From NCBI RefSeq assembly GCF_018977255.1, contig NW_024704742.1, positions 136,650,001 to 136,714,000 on the forward strand: a DNA stretch of 64,000 bases, read 5' to 3'. The notes under the pieces are model-generated. The model had not been told where the DNA came from. It saw only the letters and a program-made list of their open reading frames with translations, and searched no databases. The stretch comes from Callorhinchus milii (lineage: Eukaryota). Shown in pieces: positions 49,059-61,913 of the stretch (the stretch's first letter is position 1; each line of letters starts with the position of its first letter). The translations under genes and the position numbers were made by a program.

Positions 49059-49639
49059 TTTCCTCCCCCTCCCTACGCAATAACTGATACACAACGACTG
49101 CCCAGTTTTCCCCTTTGCTGCTTTTGAGGACAATAACATTATAACCAACCTTGGCTCCTTGGAGCGCAAGTGATAGCTGGTGTTGTATAATGGATCCTTA
49201 CATGGCAGGGGGAACCCATCAAGGTTATGCTGGTCACCTGATGTTTCTTTAGTTGGTATATGAGAGCAGGTTACTTCGTTTCCAATGCCGTTGCCCATCA
49301 AAATCCCTCCTGTTGCCTGTTGAAACTATTCCGGCTCACCCTTGTGTCATTTAAATTAGGTCCACAGCTGATTGATTTATTTTTCATTCAATATTCTTAT
49401 CAGATTTTCTTCAACAATAACAAATGACATTTACACAGCTCATTTCACGGCAGGAGAAAGCGCTGACAGTTAGGGATTTGGACCTGAGCTGGGGGTTGGG
49501 ATCAGGAGGGATGGAGGGCAGGGTGGGTTGGGGTAGAAGGATGATCTGAAGGCGCAGTCGAACAGGAGGGCCTTGAGAGGAGGCAAGAGAGGGAGTGAGG
49601 CGATTTTCCATTAATTTTTTCATCTGTTTCTTTCTGTAG

Positions 49640-49734
49640 GACAAGTACCTGCACACAAACTGCTTGGCCGCATTAGCCAATATGTCCGCCCAGTTTCGTT
49701 CACTTCACCAGTATGCAGCTCAGAGAATTATCAG
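49640..49734 (+). CDS. DYM: Dymeclin internal coding exon (95 nt, phase 0/2); not in the ORF track
   Basis: Acceptor gtttctttctgtAG, donor GTaagc. Translates [31 protein letters not shown](S). Confidence 0.98.
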
Positions 49735-50374
49735 GTAAGCCACCTCCTGTATTCCCCCAGTGTCACCGGACAGATGTGTTGTGAAAATCCAGTGTTTCAA
49801 GTATTAACAACAAACAAACAACAAAATTACATTTGTAAAGCACCTTTCACGTCCCAAGGCACTGAACAATCGAGCGTGGAATTAGCATCACGATTAAGGC
49901 TCACACATTAGTAACGGTTAGTAAGAGGTACACAACGCCAGTGGAAACGTTCCCCAATAGAAGGAGAAATGAGTGAAACGCTTTCAGATGACAAGAAACA
50001 AAGATTAACATTGACTTTTGGCAAGAGGAAACCTTTGTCTATGGTCAATCGAGCTCTGCAGCTCTGTGAATTTTGCAGATGCTGACAGTTGTAATATGAC
50101 TTGCTCTGTCTGTATTCTCATTCCGATGTGACAGCCTCTCTGTGTGGAGACATCAAGCTCTCAGAGAACAAAGCCATGAGCAGGTGTAGTAAAAATATTA
50201 AAGCGTAATGCAAATCCTTTTTTCCAAGATAGCGCGACTTTTGCATCCACTTTGAATAGCAGATTTAGCAGGGGGAAGACCCAGCTTACACCAGCCTCAA
50301 CCCCAAAGTGGGTTGAGTCCCAGCAGTTGAGTCTAACAACAGTTTGCCCTTATATGGACCATATTTGGCCCTTA

Positions 50375-50748
50375 TGTGGAGTCCTGTAGCTCAGTGGTTA
50401 GAGCACTCGCTTCGCAAGCGTGAAACCTGGGTTCGAAATGCAAGACGAAATGTCAGGGCAAGTTTCCTTACTCTACACACCTCTGTTTACCTAGCAGTAA
50501 GTTCGAACATGGTTGTTAGTCGATTGGCAGATCTCTTTTCCGGGGGTAATAATACCTTCAAAAAATAATAGTAATAAATTGGTCACTTCAATCCGTGACT
50601 GTTTGTGGGACACTGCTATGCACATTTGGCTGCCGCGTTTTTCCCACAAAATATACAGTCAATTCATTTTACAGTATATTCTGTGAAGCGCTTTGAGCCA
50701 TTTCGAAGACGAAATATGGTGCTATATCAAATGCAAGGATTATTATTA
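50375..50748 (+). mobile_element. tRNA(Ala)-headed SINE, full length
   Basis: tgtggagtcctgtagctcagtggttagagcactcgcttcgcaagcg.. through caaggattattatt. Confidence 0.92.
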
Positions 50749-51694
50749 TATGACACCTTTATCGTTGGATGATGTCTCAAAGTACTTTACAGGGACTGTG
50801 GATCACCAAGCAAGTTAGGATAGGGTTAGGCAAACTATAGATTGAAAGGATAGGTCTTTAGAAAGGTTTTGAAAACAGGGAGAGGATGGGTGATAGTAGG
50901 ATTCGTGAGAGGGTTCAACAGAGCAGGGCAGAGTGGCTGAAAGCTCAGACACTGATGGTAGAATGAAGAGGGCGATGAACTTGTAGGGAGGGAGCAGGTG
51001 GCTGGAGGAGATTGCAAAGGTAGAGATAGGGCAAGGGCATGGAGGGACTTTAAGGTCTTGGGGGACTGTGAGCCAGTGGAATCTGGAGAGGTTGGGGATG
51101 ATGGGCTCACGGAACGTAAAGCAGGAGAGGATACAAGCTGCAGAGCTCTTGATTATGACAAAAGTACAATCACTGCTCCACAGTAAATCCTGCGCAGAGA
51201 CGTCCTCCGGCCACAAAATATATTATAATTTATTGCAGTGTGGTGTGGTGTTCAAGCTGATGGTTCACATGGACTAGCCTAGAGAGAGACCGAGCAGTCC
51301 AGCTGGCAATATTAGATAGGCCAGTGACTTACCTCTGTGTCCTTGGTCCATTAAATTGGCTCCATTAAAATTGGTAAAGGTGACCGCGATACTTTGAATA
51401 GAAAGTCCTTTCTCCACACCCCTTTCTTTTACCAATTAATGATCCTTTATCCTCCTGAAATAAAAATTATTCAAACGTTACATGGGTAACAAATAAAACA
51501 GGATCACTATTTGCTTGTGCATCCAGCCCCTCCGTCTCCCACTGGAATTTCAGGGAGTATTTAATTGGCAGAACATCAGCACCTCTCCTGCCAGCATTGC
51601 TAAAGCATTGCCTGCTTTCTTGTTTATTTTAAATATCACTGTGCGTATTTTTCATTAACAGAACTTACTGTCAGGGGGAGTGAAAAGATTTTTA

Positions 51695-51970
51695 TTTGGT
51701 CAGCCGGGTGTCTGACCCACACAGAGACCCATTATCGTGGATAATGGTATCTATCTAAACCAGACTGTGTGTTCCAAATATGTATGCCACCTACACACAG
51801 ATATTTCACCTTGCTCAAAATGGAATGAGCACGCTCTTCCTGGAGAGATGTAGCCTATTTCTGAGAGCATGAGTGCAAGTTGGCCAGAGCCCAAGAGTTG
51901 GGGCCCCCAGAATATGTGTTGGTTAAATTGGCTTTAGTCTAATCAGCTAAATGCGCACATCTTGCCATTG
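51695..51970 (+). repeat. Family X repeat copy (diverged)
   Basis: Begins tttggtcagccgggtgtctgac and ends cttgccattg, like the other copies. Confidence 0.78.
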
Positions 51971-54900
51971 TCTGGTAAACTTCTCGCTGCTTGTTCCGCT
52001 AGGACTACCCTACCTGTTAGAGTTTTGGCATACCAGGGTTAACAGGAGCTGAGTGGAAAAATCCTTGCCCCCATTGACCAGCCTGACCCTTCAAGTCCTG
52101 CCGATGATCCAGGCTGGGCTGTGGTGTCATCAGATCCAGCCACTCCCTTGGCCCAGCCTGCTTCATGTCAGCCATTCTGCTCCTGCTCTCTATCCATCTC
52201 GGAGATCCTCTGACTGGCTGCACCTCCCTCCCCACTTTAGAAAGCCTTATCTCTTTATCCCTCTATTGGTCATCTTCCCCCCCACCCACCCCCAACCGGG
52301 ATGAATGCCCAGTCAGATGTGTACATCGCTTTGAGATGTCCTCCCGATATAAAACACATCATATGACTGATATTGTACTATAAAGGTCTATGATTGTAAG
52401 ACGTAGAAAATCTCTGTGTCATTTCGGTACAATGCTCCTGGCTTATGTTTTGCAAAATGAATGAGACAACCCTTATGTCTTGAACATTGATACTCACTCG
52501 CTTGATGACAGTCGAGGGCAGTCATCTTAAAATACCCCAGGGGGTGGGGGTGTAACACAGGAAACACTAAAGCAGAGTCTGTGGTTAATGGCTCCCATGA
52601 GAAAAGAAAAAGTTACTTTATTTACAACTTTCTTTTAAAAAAACTATTAAGCAACGCCTAAATGCTCGATGGGAAATTGAAGAAGCTTCAGTTGGTTCCA
52701 GCAGAGCGTACGTGCGTGTGTGTGCGCATGTGTGCCTCACAAGCCAGCAGCCTTTGGGAGGAGAAGGGGCTTTTGTTCTTGCAATATATTGGGGTCAGTT
52801 TTTAGCAGCAAATCTTGCATCTAGGTCAGAAGGTTGAGACTTCGAACCTCACGTCAGGGATTGATTGTCGACATCATCCCTGCTTCGTGCCACATTGCTG
52901 CGCCCGACTACTCAGTCACTACACTTTACAGTAATTACAGCAAAACATTTTGCTGTTGTAAGCCCCGTATCACTGCATTTTACACTGTATCCTCTAAGGT
53001 GCCTTCCTCACATGAAAGGTGGTAAATCAGCAACAACAGCAACAACTTGCATAGCACCGCTCATGCGGGGTAGCATCCCAGAGCGCCTGACAGCGGCATA
53101 GAACCACGCTGAGGAGGGTAGAGGTGACCATAGGCACAGTTGAAGAGGAAGGTCTTCAGGTTCAACCTGAAGATGTGGAAGGTGGAAGCAAGGCAGAGGG
53201 ATAGAGGGAGAGTGCTCCAGAGTTTCAAATGCAAGGATGATTATTATTTAGGTCCAGAAGATAGATAGCACCCATCCGAATCTGTTTTTCCCCTCTCCAG
53301 CCTGAATAGCCAACTTCTCCACTGTACCAATAACATCCCCATCAGTTCCCTGAACTGTGTTAAAGCAGAACATTCTTAGGAACCTGTCGTTTGATAATGG
53401 TGAGGCTGGGTCCCCACCCCAGCATCTCGCTTCTGCTTCCTGTTTTCGCCAGAGTGAAGATTTTAGCATTAATTAATTTTCAAAGTGCTTCACAGAAATG
53501 CAGTCAGAGCCCGCGCAGGCTGGGAGATTGGGGACACACAAGGGAGACGACCGCAAGCGTAGTCAAGGTTTTTAGAAGGGTTTTGAAAGCAGAGAGGAAG
53601 AAAAAGGGATTTAGAGAGAGTTCTAGAGAGCAATGCCAAGGTGGAAGCTTATACATTGATGGTAGGAAGGAGGAAGTGGAGCAGACTTGAGGTTGCGAGA
53701 GGGAGGGGTTAGTCAGACTGCAGGAGATCACAGAAGAAGGGTGGGTCGAGGGTGCGGAGTAGTTTGTAATTTAGAATGAGGATCTTAAGTCAATCCGCTG
53801 AGGTATAATAATAATAATAATATTCGGTTTCAATATAACGCTTTATCACATCTTCGAGACGTCTCAAAGCGCTTTACAGAATATACCGCAAAGTGAATTG
53901 ACTGTATATTTTTTGGGCGAAATACAGCAGCCAATTGCGCACAGCAGCATCCCACAAACAATCGTGGATTGAAGCGACCAATTCTGTTATTTTTTAAAGG
54001 AGTTATTCATGTATAATTGACTGTATATTTTGAGGACAAAACGGGAACTATTGGAGACTGACGGGGAGTGGGGGGGATTAACCCATAATATTTTGACTCC
54101 ACCTGAACAGAAAGCCAGGATTTGGGTTTTACGAATGACAATGCAGCGATAGATGCACTGTGTCAGCAGAGATCATGTGCCTTTAAACTCCCAACGTGGG
54201 GTTTGAGCCTTTTGACTCAAAGGCAAGAGAGAGAGTACCACCAACTGAGACAGTATTTTTACCTGCTGACCAGAAACATCCAACGACTCTCTGGTAGCAA
54301 AAGTGCATTCTCCCACAAGAAAGTCCCTGATGAAGACGCCTCCTTGGGACATTTAGGTTCTTGCAGATGTTCACCCTTTGCGCAGGGCGAGTGGGTGAAG
54401 ATGCGAGTAATGGGGCAAACCTTTTCCTTGGGATAAGCTCTGTGACGCTGCTAGCGTAGTAACTCTATAAAGCACCAGGTCTGATCATTCCACCACTGGG
54501 GACATGACCTGTAGCACTTAAACTGGCATCAAGTCCGGAAGGGAGGGAGGAGAGAGAGGAAATTGTCTCCAAATTCTTGGAAGTGATCGGTGGGGGAACT
54601 AGTATTGGACCTCGTAAATTAACTAAATAAAGTTTTAAGAAGAGAGAGGGGGTGTGGTGGCGGTTGGAGTGGGGGGAAGGGCTGTGCTGTGCGAGGTTAG
54701 TTACACAAGGTCAGAATGGCAGTAAGTACCGCTGGGCGAGCTGAACCCTGTTTGCGGTTCCTGTGATCTTTACGTTTGAAACACGTTTTGCTGAAACATT
54801 GTTGAAACTTGAGATGTGTTTTTGTCTGTCTGTCTGTCTGCCTTTTCAGTGTGGAAGGCATTTAATGGTCTTCTAAATGATATGCTATGTTGGCAGTCAA

Positions 54901-55444
54901 ATCTATCTCTTACATGTCTTCTCCCCTCTTCTCTTGTTTCTGTTTCTCTCTTTCACTCTCTCTCTCTCTCTGTGTGCTTTGAATAATAATCCTTGCATTT
55001 GATATAGCGCCTCATCACGTCTTCAAAACGTCTCAAAGCGCTTTGCAGATTAACGCCAACAACTTGTATTTACACAGTGCCCCCTCATGCAGGGTAGGGT
55101 CTCAGATTGCTTGGCAGTAGCGGAACTGGAGGGAGGAACATACTGTAAAGTGAATTGTTTTGTGAGTAATCTTTCATCGCTTTTTTTCTCTGCGTTTTAT
55201 GGGCCATTTTTAAGATGTCACCTTCTCAGCAGGATCAGCGCAATCAATGAAATCAATCTCAGTCCAAGGAGCTCATAAGGATGATTGTTGCAGGAAGAGA
55301 AGAGCTTCACACTGCCACAGAGGAGGTTAAGGGAGGAGATGGGGGTGGGGGGTCTAATTGAACTCTTCATAACGTGGGTGACACAAATTCACGTTTTCAT
55401 TGGAATTGGTAAAAGGAAAAACAATTTAACTTGGGTTAAGACTG

Positions 55445-55776
55445 TGTGGAGGACCTGGGTTCAATTCCCGACAGGGCGGAACCGTAGGCAAGTTTTCTTA
55501 CTCCACACACCTCTGTTTACTAAGCAATAAGTAGGAACGTGGTTGTTAGTCGATTGGCGGATCATTTTCTGGTGGTAATAATCCCTCCAAAGAAAAATTA
55601 TGATTTGGTCACTCAATCCACTACTGTTTGTGGCACATTGCTGTGTGCAGTTGGCTGCCATGTTTCGTCCACAAACTATACAGTCAATTCAGTTGACAGT
55701 ATATTCTGTGAAGCGCTTTGAGACGTCTCAACGATATGATATTGCGCTATATCAGTTGCAAAGTTTATTATTATTA
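55445..55776 (+). mobile_element. tRNA(Ala)-headed SINE with partly deleted head
   Basis: B box, central and tail modules. Faces a minus-strand copy at 56155-56495. Confidence 0.85.
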
Positions 55777-56154
55777 AGATCAAATGGGCCAAAGGGCGTT
55801 CTTCATCCAAACCGACCTTGTAATATGGTGGCCGTGGAATGTGTTCAGTCAGGGAGAGAAGCTGCTGCTGAATTGATTGGTAATTAATTTTTTTCTCGCT
55901 TTTGAAATTGTTTTCAGCCTTTAGTCTGGTGAAGAAGCACAAGAGCATTCTGCATTCTCATCATTATTATGATGAGAATGCAGAATACTTTACCACAGAA
56001 ACTGTTACAAGGCTCAGTCCCATATCCACATTTAATAGGGAATTGGAGAGATATTTGAGGAACAATATAAGATGATGTGGAGGGGGGCGAAACGCCTATT
56101 GCGCACAGCAATCTTTTACAAACAATCATGGATTCAGTGACCAAATTTTTATTT

Positions 56155-56495
56155 AATAATAGTAATAATCCTTGTATTTGATATAGCGCCTTATCATGTC
56201 TTTGAGACGTCTCAAAGCGCTTCACAGAATACACTGTAAAGTGAATTGACTGTATATTGCGCACAGCAATGTCCCACAAAGAGTCGAAGATTGAGTAACC
56301 ACAATTTTTTTGAAGGAATTATTACCCCCAGAAAAGCGATCCGCCAATCGTCTAACAACCAGGTTCTTACTTACTGCTCGCTAAACAGAGGCGTGTGGAG
56401 TAAGGAAACTTGCCTAAGATTTCTCCCCGGGAATTGAGCCCAGATCTTCTTGCTTGCGAGGCAAGTGCTCCAACCAATACATGAAAGGACTCCAC
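56155..56495 (-). mobile_element. tRNA(Ala)-headed SINE
   Basis: Minus-strand copy of the common family. Confidence 0.85.
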
Positions 56496-57081
56496 AAATG
56501 TCCCTACTAAAATACTAGAATTCGCCTACAATATACAATCCCTACACTTTACAGTAGAAGGACACTATAAAACAGATGAGAACAATAAGCTTACTTGTTC
56601 GCCCACAAATATACAGTCAATTCACTTTACAGTGTGTTCTGTGAAGCGCTTTGGGACGTCCTCCTGACGTGAAAAGCGCTATATCAAATGCAAGGATTAT
56701 TATTATTATTATTATTGTTGTTGTAAGGTGAATTGAATGCCGCTGTTAAAATTTCCCATCAGACAGGATAGAGTTTAAGATCTTGGTCCTCACTTTCAAA
56801 GCCCTCGATGGTCTTGCTTCCCCCCTACCTCTACAACCTCCTAACCTCTCAACCTGCCCACGCCCTCTGGTCAGCCGGCTCTGGCCTGCTTCACTTCTCC
56901 CTACTCTCCCTCCCCACCATTGCTCTCCACCCTCCCCGATCCCGACCCCCAGTTTAGTTCTGAAACACATTGACCAGCGCCTTGGGACATCCTCCCGACG
57001 TGAAAGGCGTTTTACAAATGTAATTTTGTTATTGTTGGTGTAGCAGTTGACTCATTTTATCGTTATTCTCATAGGATTCAT

Positions 57082-57455
57082 ACAACAACAACAAGATTCC
57101 ATTTATAAAGCGCCTTTCACGTCAGGAGGACGTCCCAAAGCGCTGCACAGTTGGGTCATGACCCGAGCATTGGGGGGAAATGGTCAGGGTGAGGGGAGGG
57201 AAGGGAGGGAGCGAGGAGGGGGGAAATGGTCAGAGTGAGGGGAGGGAAGGGAGGGAGCGAGGAGGGGGAAGAGAGTCGAGAGGGGAGGTGAAGGCTCGGT
57301 CAAAGAGAAAGGTTTTGAGACCGGCCTTGAAGGAGGAAAGGGAGGAAGCGGCGAAGGCACTGGGGGATGGAGTTCCAGAGCCTCGGGGCTGAGAGGCTGA
57401 AGGCCCGGCCACCGATGGTAGGGCGGTTGGGGCGGGGGACGTGGAGCAGACCGGA
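57082..57455 (-). mobile_element. Young 5'-truncated L2 LINE
   Basis: Near-identical to 3085-3470. Confidence 0.9.
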
Positions 57456-58180
57456 TTCATAGGGTAACCTAGAACCGGGCTGTTGGAAATTTCATAGGGT
57501 CACTTCCCCTTTAAGATATTCTACTGCTTGAATGGAAATGTCAGAGGATTTTAAACCTGCATTTAAAAAAAACTTGTTCTGTGTAAGGTTGGTCTGCAGT
57601 TCATTTACGCAAGGATGACTGAACAGAGAGCAGCTCAGCGGGGTGGATTATTATGCTATCTATTATGCACATGTGTATGTAACGCCTGTGTTTAACAACC
57701 AATGGAATTTATTAATTAGCGACCGAGACTTTAATTAACTTTTGTTATTATTAATAATAATAACCAATAATTTTCACTAACTCAATTAAATATCTTCTTA
57801 TTAATAAGAGACCTTGGTGAGTTAACATATCACCTGAAAGTCCCTCTGAGCACATGATAATTGCATTTAATATAGCGCCTTATCACGTCTTCACAGACTG
57901 TGAATTGGTTGCATATTTTATGGGCGAAACACGGCAGCCGATTGAGCGCAGCAGTGTACCACAAACAGTTGTGGATTGAGTGACTAATTTTTAAAAAATT
58001 TTTGAAGAAAAAGCGATCCCCTAATGACTAAAAAACGGGTTCCTACTTACTGTTAAGTAACCAGAGCTTGTTTTGCCCTGACGGGAATCAAACCGAGGTC
58101 TCTCACTCATGAGACGAATGCTATAACCACTGAGCTCCACAATGGTGTATGATAGACAACATCAAGAATCTTTACTTTTG

Positions 58181-58590
58181 TTTTGGTCAGCCGGGTGTCT
58201 GACACATGCGGAAACCTATCACCGTGCTTAAGAATCTCCAAACTAAACTGAGAATTCCCTGCATCCCATCTACATCCCATTGTGGAGTCCTGTAGCTCAG
58301 TGGTTAGAGCACTCGCTTTGCAAGTGAGAGACCTGAGTTCAATTCCAGGCAGGGCGAAACCTTGGGCAAGTTTCCTTACTCCACACAGAGCCTAATAATA
58401 ATCCCTCCAAAAAACCAAAAACAATAATTAAATTGGTCATTTTCAATCTACGACTGTTTGTGGGACATTGCTGTGCGCAATTGGCTGCCGCGTTCGCCCA
58501 CAAATATACAGTCAATTCACTTTACAGTGTGTTCTGTGAAGCGCTTTGGGACGTCCTCCTGACGTGAAAAGCGCTATATCAAATGCAAGG

Positions 58591-58622
<32 letters not shown>

Positions 58623-58803
58623 ACATGGAAATCCCAGAGATAGATTGTTGGAATGGAATGCGCTCTCTCTCCACACATCCTGTTTACTTAATTCCAAAAA
58701 GTATTAGGCGCAGGTTAACAAGAGCCAAGGCTTGAGGACCCCAGAGTGTGCGTTGGGGCAACTGCTGAAGTCTGACCAGCTGAAATCACATAATTTACCA
58801 TTG
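58181..58803 (+). repeat. Family X repeat copy split by a young SINE
   Basis: Left part 58181-58275. Right part resumes at 58621 (acacatggaaatcccagaga). Confidence 0.85.
58281..58620 (+). mobile_element. Young tRNA(Ala)-headed SINE (short variant)
   Basis: Nearly identical to 46768-47097; pure (TTA)n tail of about 30 nt. Confidence 0.93.
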
Positions 58804-58989
58804 ACATCACTGTCTGGCAAGGTTTCCCACTGCTTATCCAGCAAGGACCCGCCTACACATTGGGGCTTTGTCTTGCAGGGTTAAACAGTTGCTGTGTCTG
58901 CCCTTCCAATCCTGCCGATGAGCCAGTGTTGTCATCAGCAGTGCCCTGGAATACTCACACCATTCACAAAGAAGAAAACCTTAGAGCAG

Positions 58990-59753
58990 TTATTTTTTAG
59001 AAGGGGAGAGGTTGGAATGTGTTAGTGTCCAGGGGGGACTTGGGTGTCCTTGTACACCAATCACAGAAAGTTAGTCTGCAGGTGCAGCGAGCAATTAGGA
59101 AGGCGAATGGTATGTTAGCATTCATTATGAAAGGATTAGAGTATAAGAGTAGGGAAGTCTTGCCGCAACTCTATAGGGCCCTGGTGAGACCACACCTGGA
59201 ATACTGTGTGCAGTTTTGGTCTCTTTATTTAAGGAAGGATGTACTTGCCTTGGAGGGCGTGCAGCGTAGATTTACTAGGTAGTACCAGGGATGAAGGGGA
59301 TAAGTTACGAGGATAGACTGACCAATTTGGGCCTATATTCTCTAGAATATAGAAGAATTAGAGGGGATCTTATAGAAACCTATAAGATCATCAAAGGGCA
59401 TGATAGAGTAGGTAGTGGGAGATTGTTTCCCCTGGTTGGAGAAAGTAAAACCAGGGGTCACAACCTTAAAATCAGAGGCAGCCTTTTCGCACTGAGTTGA
59501 GGAAGAACTTCTTCACTCAAAGGGTGGTGATTGTATGGAACTCACTACCCCAAAGGGCTGTTGACGCTCAGTGCTTGAACATATTCAAGACTGAGATAGA
59601 TAGATTTTTTATTGCAAAAGGGATTAAGGGATATGGGGATAAGGCAGGGTCAGGTTATTAGCTGGAGTTAGATTAGAAGATCAGCCATGATTGAATGGCG
59701 GGGCAGGCTTGAAGGGCCAAATGGCCTACTCCTGCTCCTACATGTTATGTTAT
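58990..59753 (+). mobile_element. CR1-clade LINE 3' fragment
   Basis: DLGVLVHQSQKVSLQVQRAIRKANGMLAFI..LYRALVRPHLEYCVQFW.. with an in-frame stop at ~59280, then SYEDRLTNLGLYSLEYRRIRGDLIETYKI. Tail cctactcctgctcctacatgttatgtt. Confidence 0.92.
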
Positions 59754-60418
59754 ATTAAAGGAAAGGTGACTTAATGTGATGTTAATGGGATAGGTTTTTA
59801 GGTGATTTTAGAAGAGTGGGGGCCAGAGGGAGGGGACAAATCCTATCAATGGTGGGGCAGAGCTGGCATGGAAGAGGTGAAAATTGGCAGAGCAGAGGGG
59901 TTGGGAGGAGGGAGTAGGAATGCGGGAGATGATGTTGGCTCGGGCATTTGAAGGTGAGGACAAGGATCTTAAAGTAAATCTTCTGAGCGATAGGGAGCTG
60001 GCCGAGTATGGGGGGGATGTTGGCAGGGGTGAGAAGGTGGGCTTGCTGTTCTGAATGATGTAGACCGGTGTGTAATGTTTGTGAGGACAGGCATAGAGCT
60101 CATTTCCACCCCCCTTCCTCAGCCATGAATAAGTAACCTGCCACCTCTCACTGTCTACTCGTGCACATAGAAAAGCCATTTGGGTGAGGTAGTGGAGGTT
60201 GCCAGACACCTGTCAAATGAGAAGCCAGCCCGAGTCACCTTCAGGAGATAATCAGAGAGAAAACAGAAGCATAAGTGCCCGCAGAGCTGTCCACAGCACT
60301 AGGTACAGACAAGCAAAGTTCTATCAATGTGTTGGGCTCTTGTTAGAAGAGAGGGAAAGGCAGCTTTTACTGCAGGTGATCCCTCTCCCATTTAAACCAG
60401 TGGTGACAATAGTACTAT

Positions 60419-60707
60419 TTTTGCTCAGCCTGGTGTCTGATACATGCAGAAACCCATCACCATGCTTAAGAGTATCCGAACCAAGCTAAGAATTCCCTGC
60501 ATCTCACCTACACATGGAAATCCCAGAGATAGGTTGTTGGAATGGAATGTGATCTGTCACTCTCTCCCTGGAGGGATGTATCCTGCTTACCTAATGCGAA
60601 GAGTACTAGGTGCACGTTGGCAAGAGCCAAGGTTTGGGGAGACACCAGAATGTGCGTTGGGGTAACTGCTGGAGTCTAACCAGCTAAAACCTCATAGCTT
60701 GCTACTG
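60419..60707 (+). repeat. Family X repeat copy (best preserved)
   Basis: Colinear with the other copies over its whole length. Confidence 0.85.
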
Positions 60708-61223
60708 GTAACAATAATATTAATTCCAATAATATATCCTTGCATTTGGTCCAGCGCCTTTCATATCCGCAGGACGTCACAAAGCGCTTCGCAGGATTTT
60801 ACCGTAAAGGTAAAGCCTAGACTGTATTGAGTTTAAAGTCAGTCACAAAGTGGGTTTTCACCCACAACCTTCTGACTCGTGAGAGAGAGAGTGCTACCAG
60901 CTGCCAGCCTGAACAGCACGCTGAATGCCAACACCTCAGAGAGATATTGAAGCAGCATCTGCCAGTGCAGAGATCTTAACGGTCAAGAGCAGTGAGCGAC
61001 TCCAGGTATCCAGAATTTAAACATATCCGGTCCGGAACTGACTGCCCACCCCGCCTGAAAAAAAAATCATAGACTCCCTACTTTCCTCACCGCCTTCACA
61101 GTGACCAGGGACATTGACTTTGACTCAGACTGTTTGTATAAAATACATAGTCACTACACTTTACAGAATATTCTGTGAAGCGCTTTGAGACATCTCAACG
61201 ACACATATAAGACATTATATCAA

Positions 61224-61523
61224 CCTGTAGCTCAGTGGTTAGAGCACTCGCCTCGCAAGCAAGAGACCTGGGTTCGATTCCTGGCAAGGCGGAAATTTGG
61301 GCAAATTTCCTTACTCCACACACATGATAATAATCCTTCAAGAAAAAAAACAATAATTGGGTCACTCAATCCATGACTGTTTGTGGGACACTGCTGGACG
61401 CAATTGGCTGCCGCATTTCACTTACAAAATATACATTCAATTCACTTTACAGTGTATTCTGTAAAGTTCTTTGAAACATCTAGATGTGAAAAGCGCTATA
61501 ATAAATGCAAGGATTATTATTAT
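61224..61523 (+). mobile_element. tRNA(Ala)-headed SINE, followed by a CR1 3' tail (61525-61716)
   Basis: cctgtagctcagtggttagagcactcgcctcgcaagcaagagacctgggttcgattcc head; CR1-type gatgggccgaatggcctccttc..attctatgattctacga tail downstream. Confidence 0.85.
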
Positions 61524-61913
61524 TGTAGGCAGCTGCTATCATCGATAACAGCTTTTAAGAGAAAAGTAGATAATTATTTGAGGAGGACAAGTTTGCTGGA
61601 CTATGGGGAGAAAGCGGGGGAGTAGGATTGAGTTGGATAGCTATTTTCAAAGAGCCAGCACAGACACGATGGGCCGAATGGCCTCCTTCAGTGCTGTATA
61701 ATTCTATGATTCTACGATCATCCACCATACCTGCCTCTCTCTCTCTTTCTCTCCCTCTCTCTCTCTCTCTCTCTCCCTCTATCTATCTCCCTTCCTCTTC
61801 TGACTGCAGACACAGGATCTATTCAAAAAGGCCATTGTTTTCTTCTTATTAGTGCAATTTTAAAAAAAATTGGTCTTTGTGTCTTTTCTTTCCCCTCCGA
61901 CTTTGTCTTTCAG

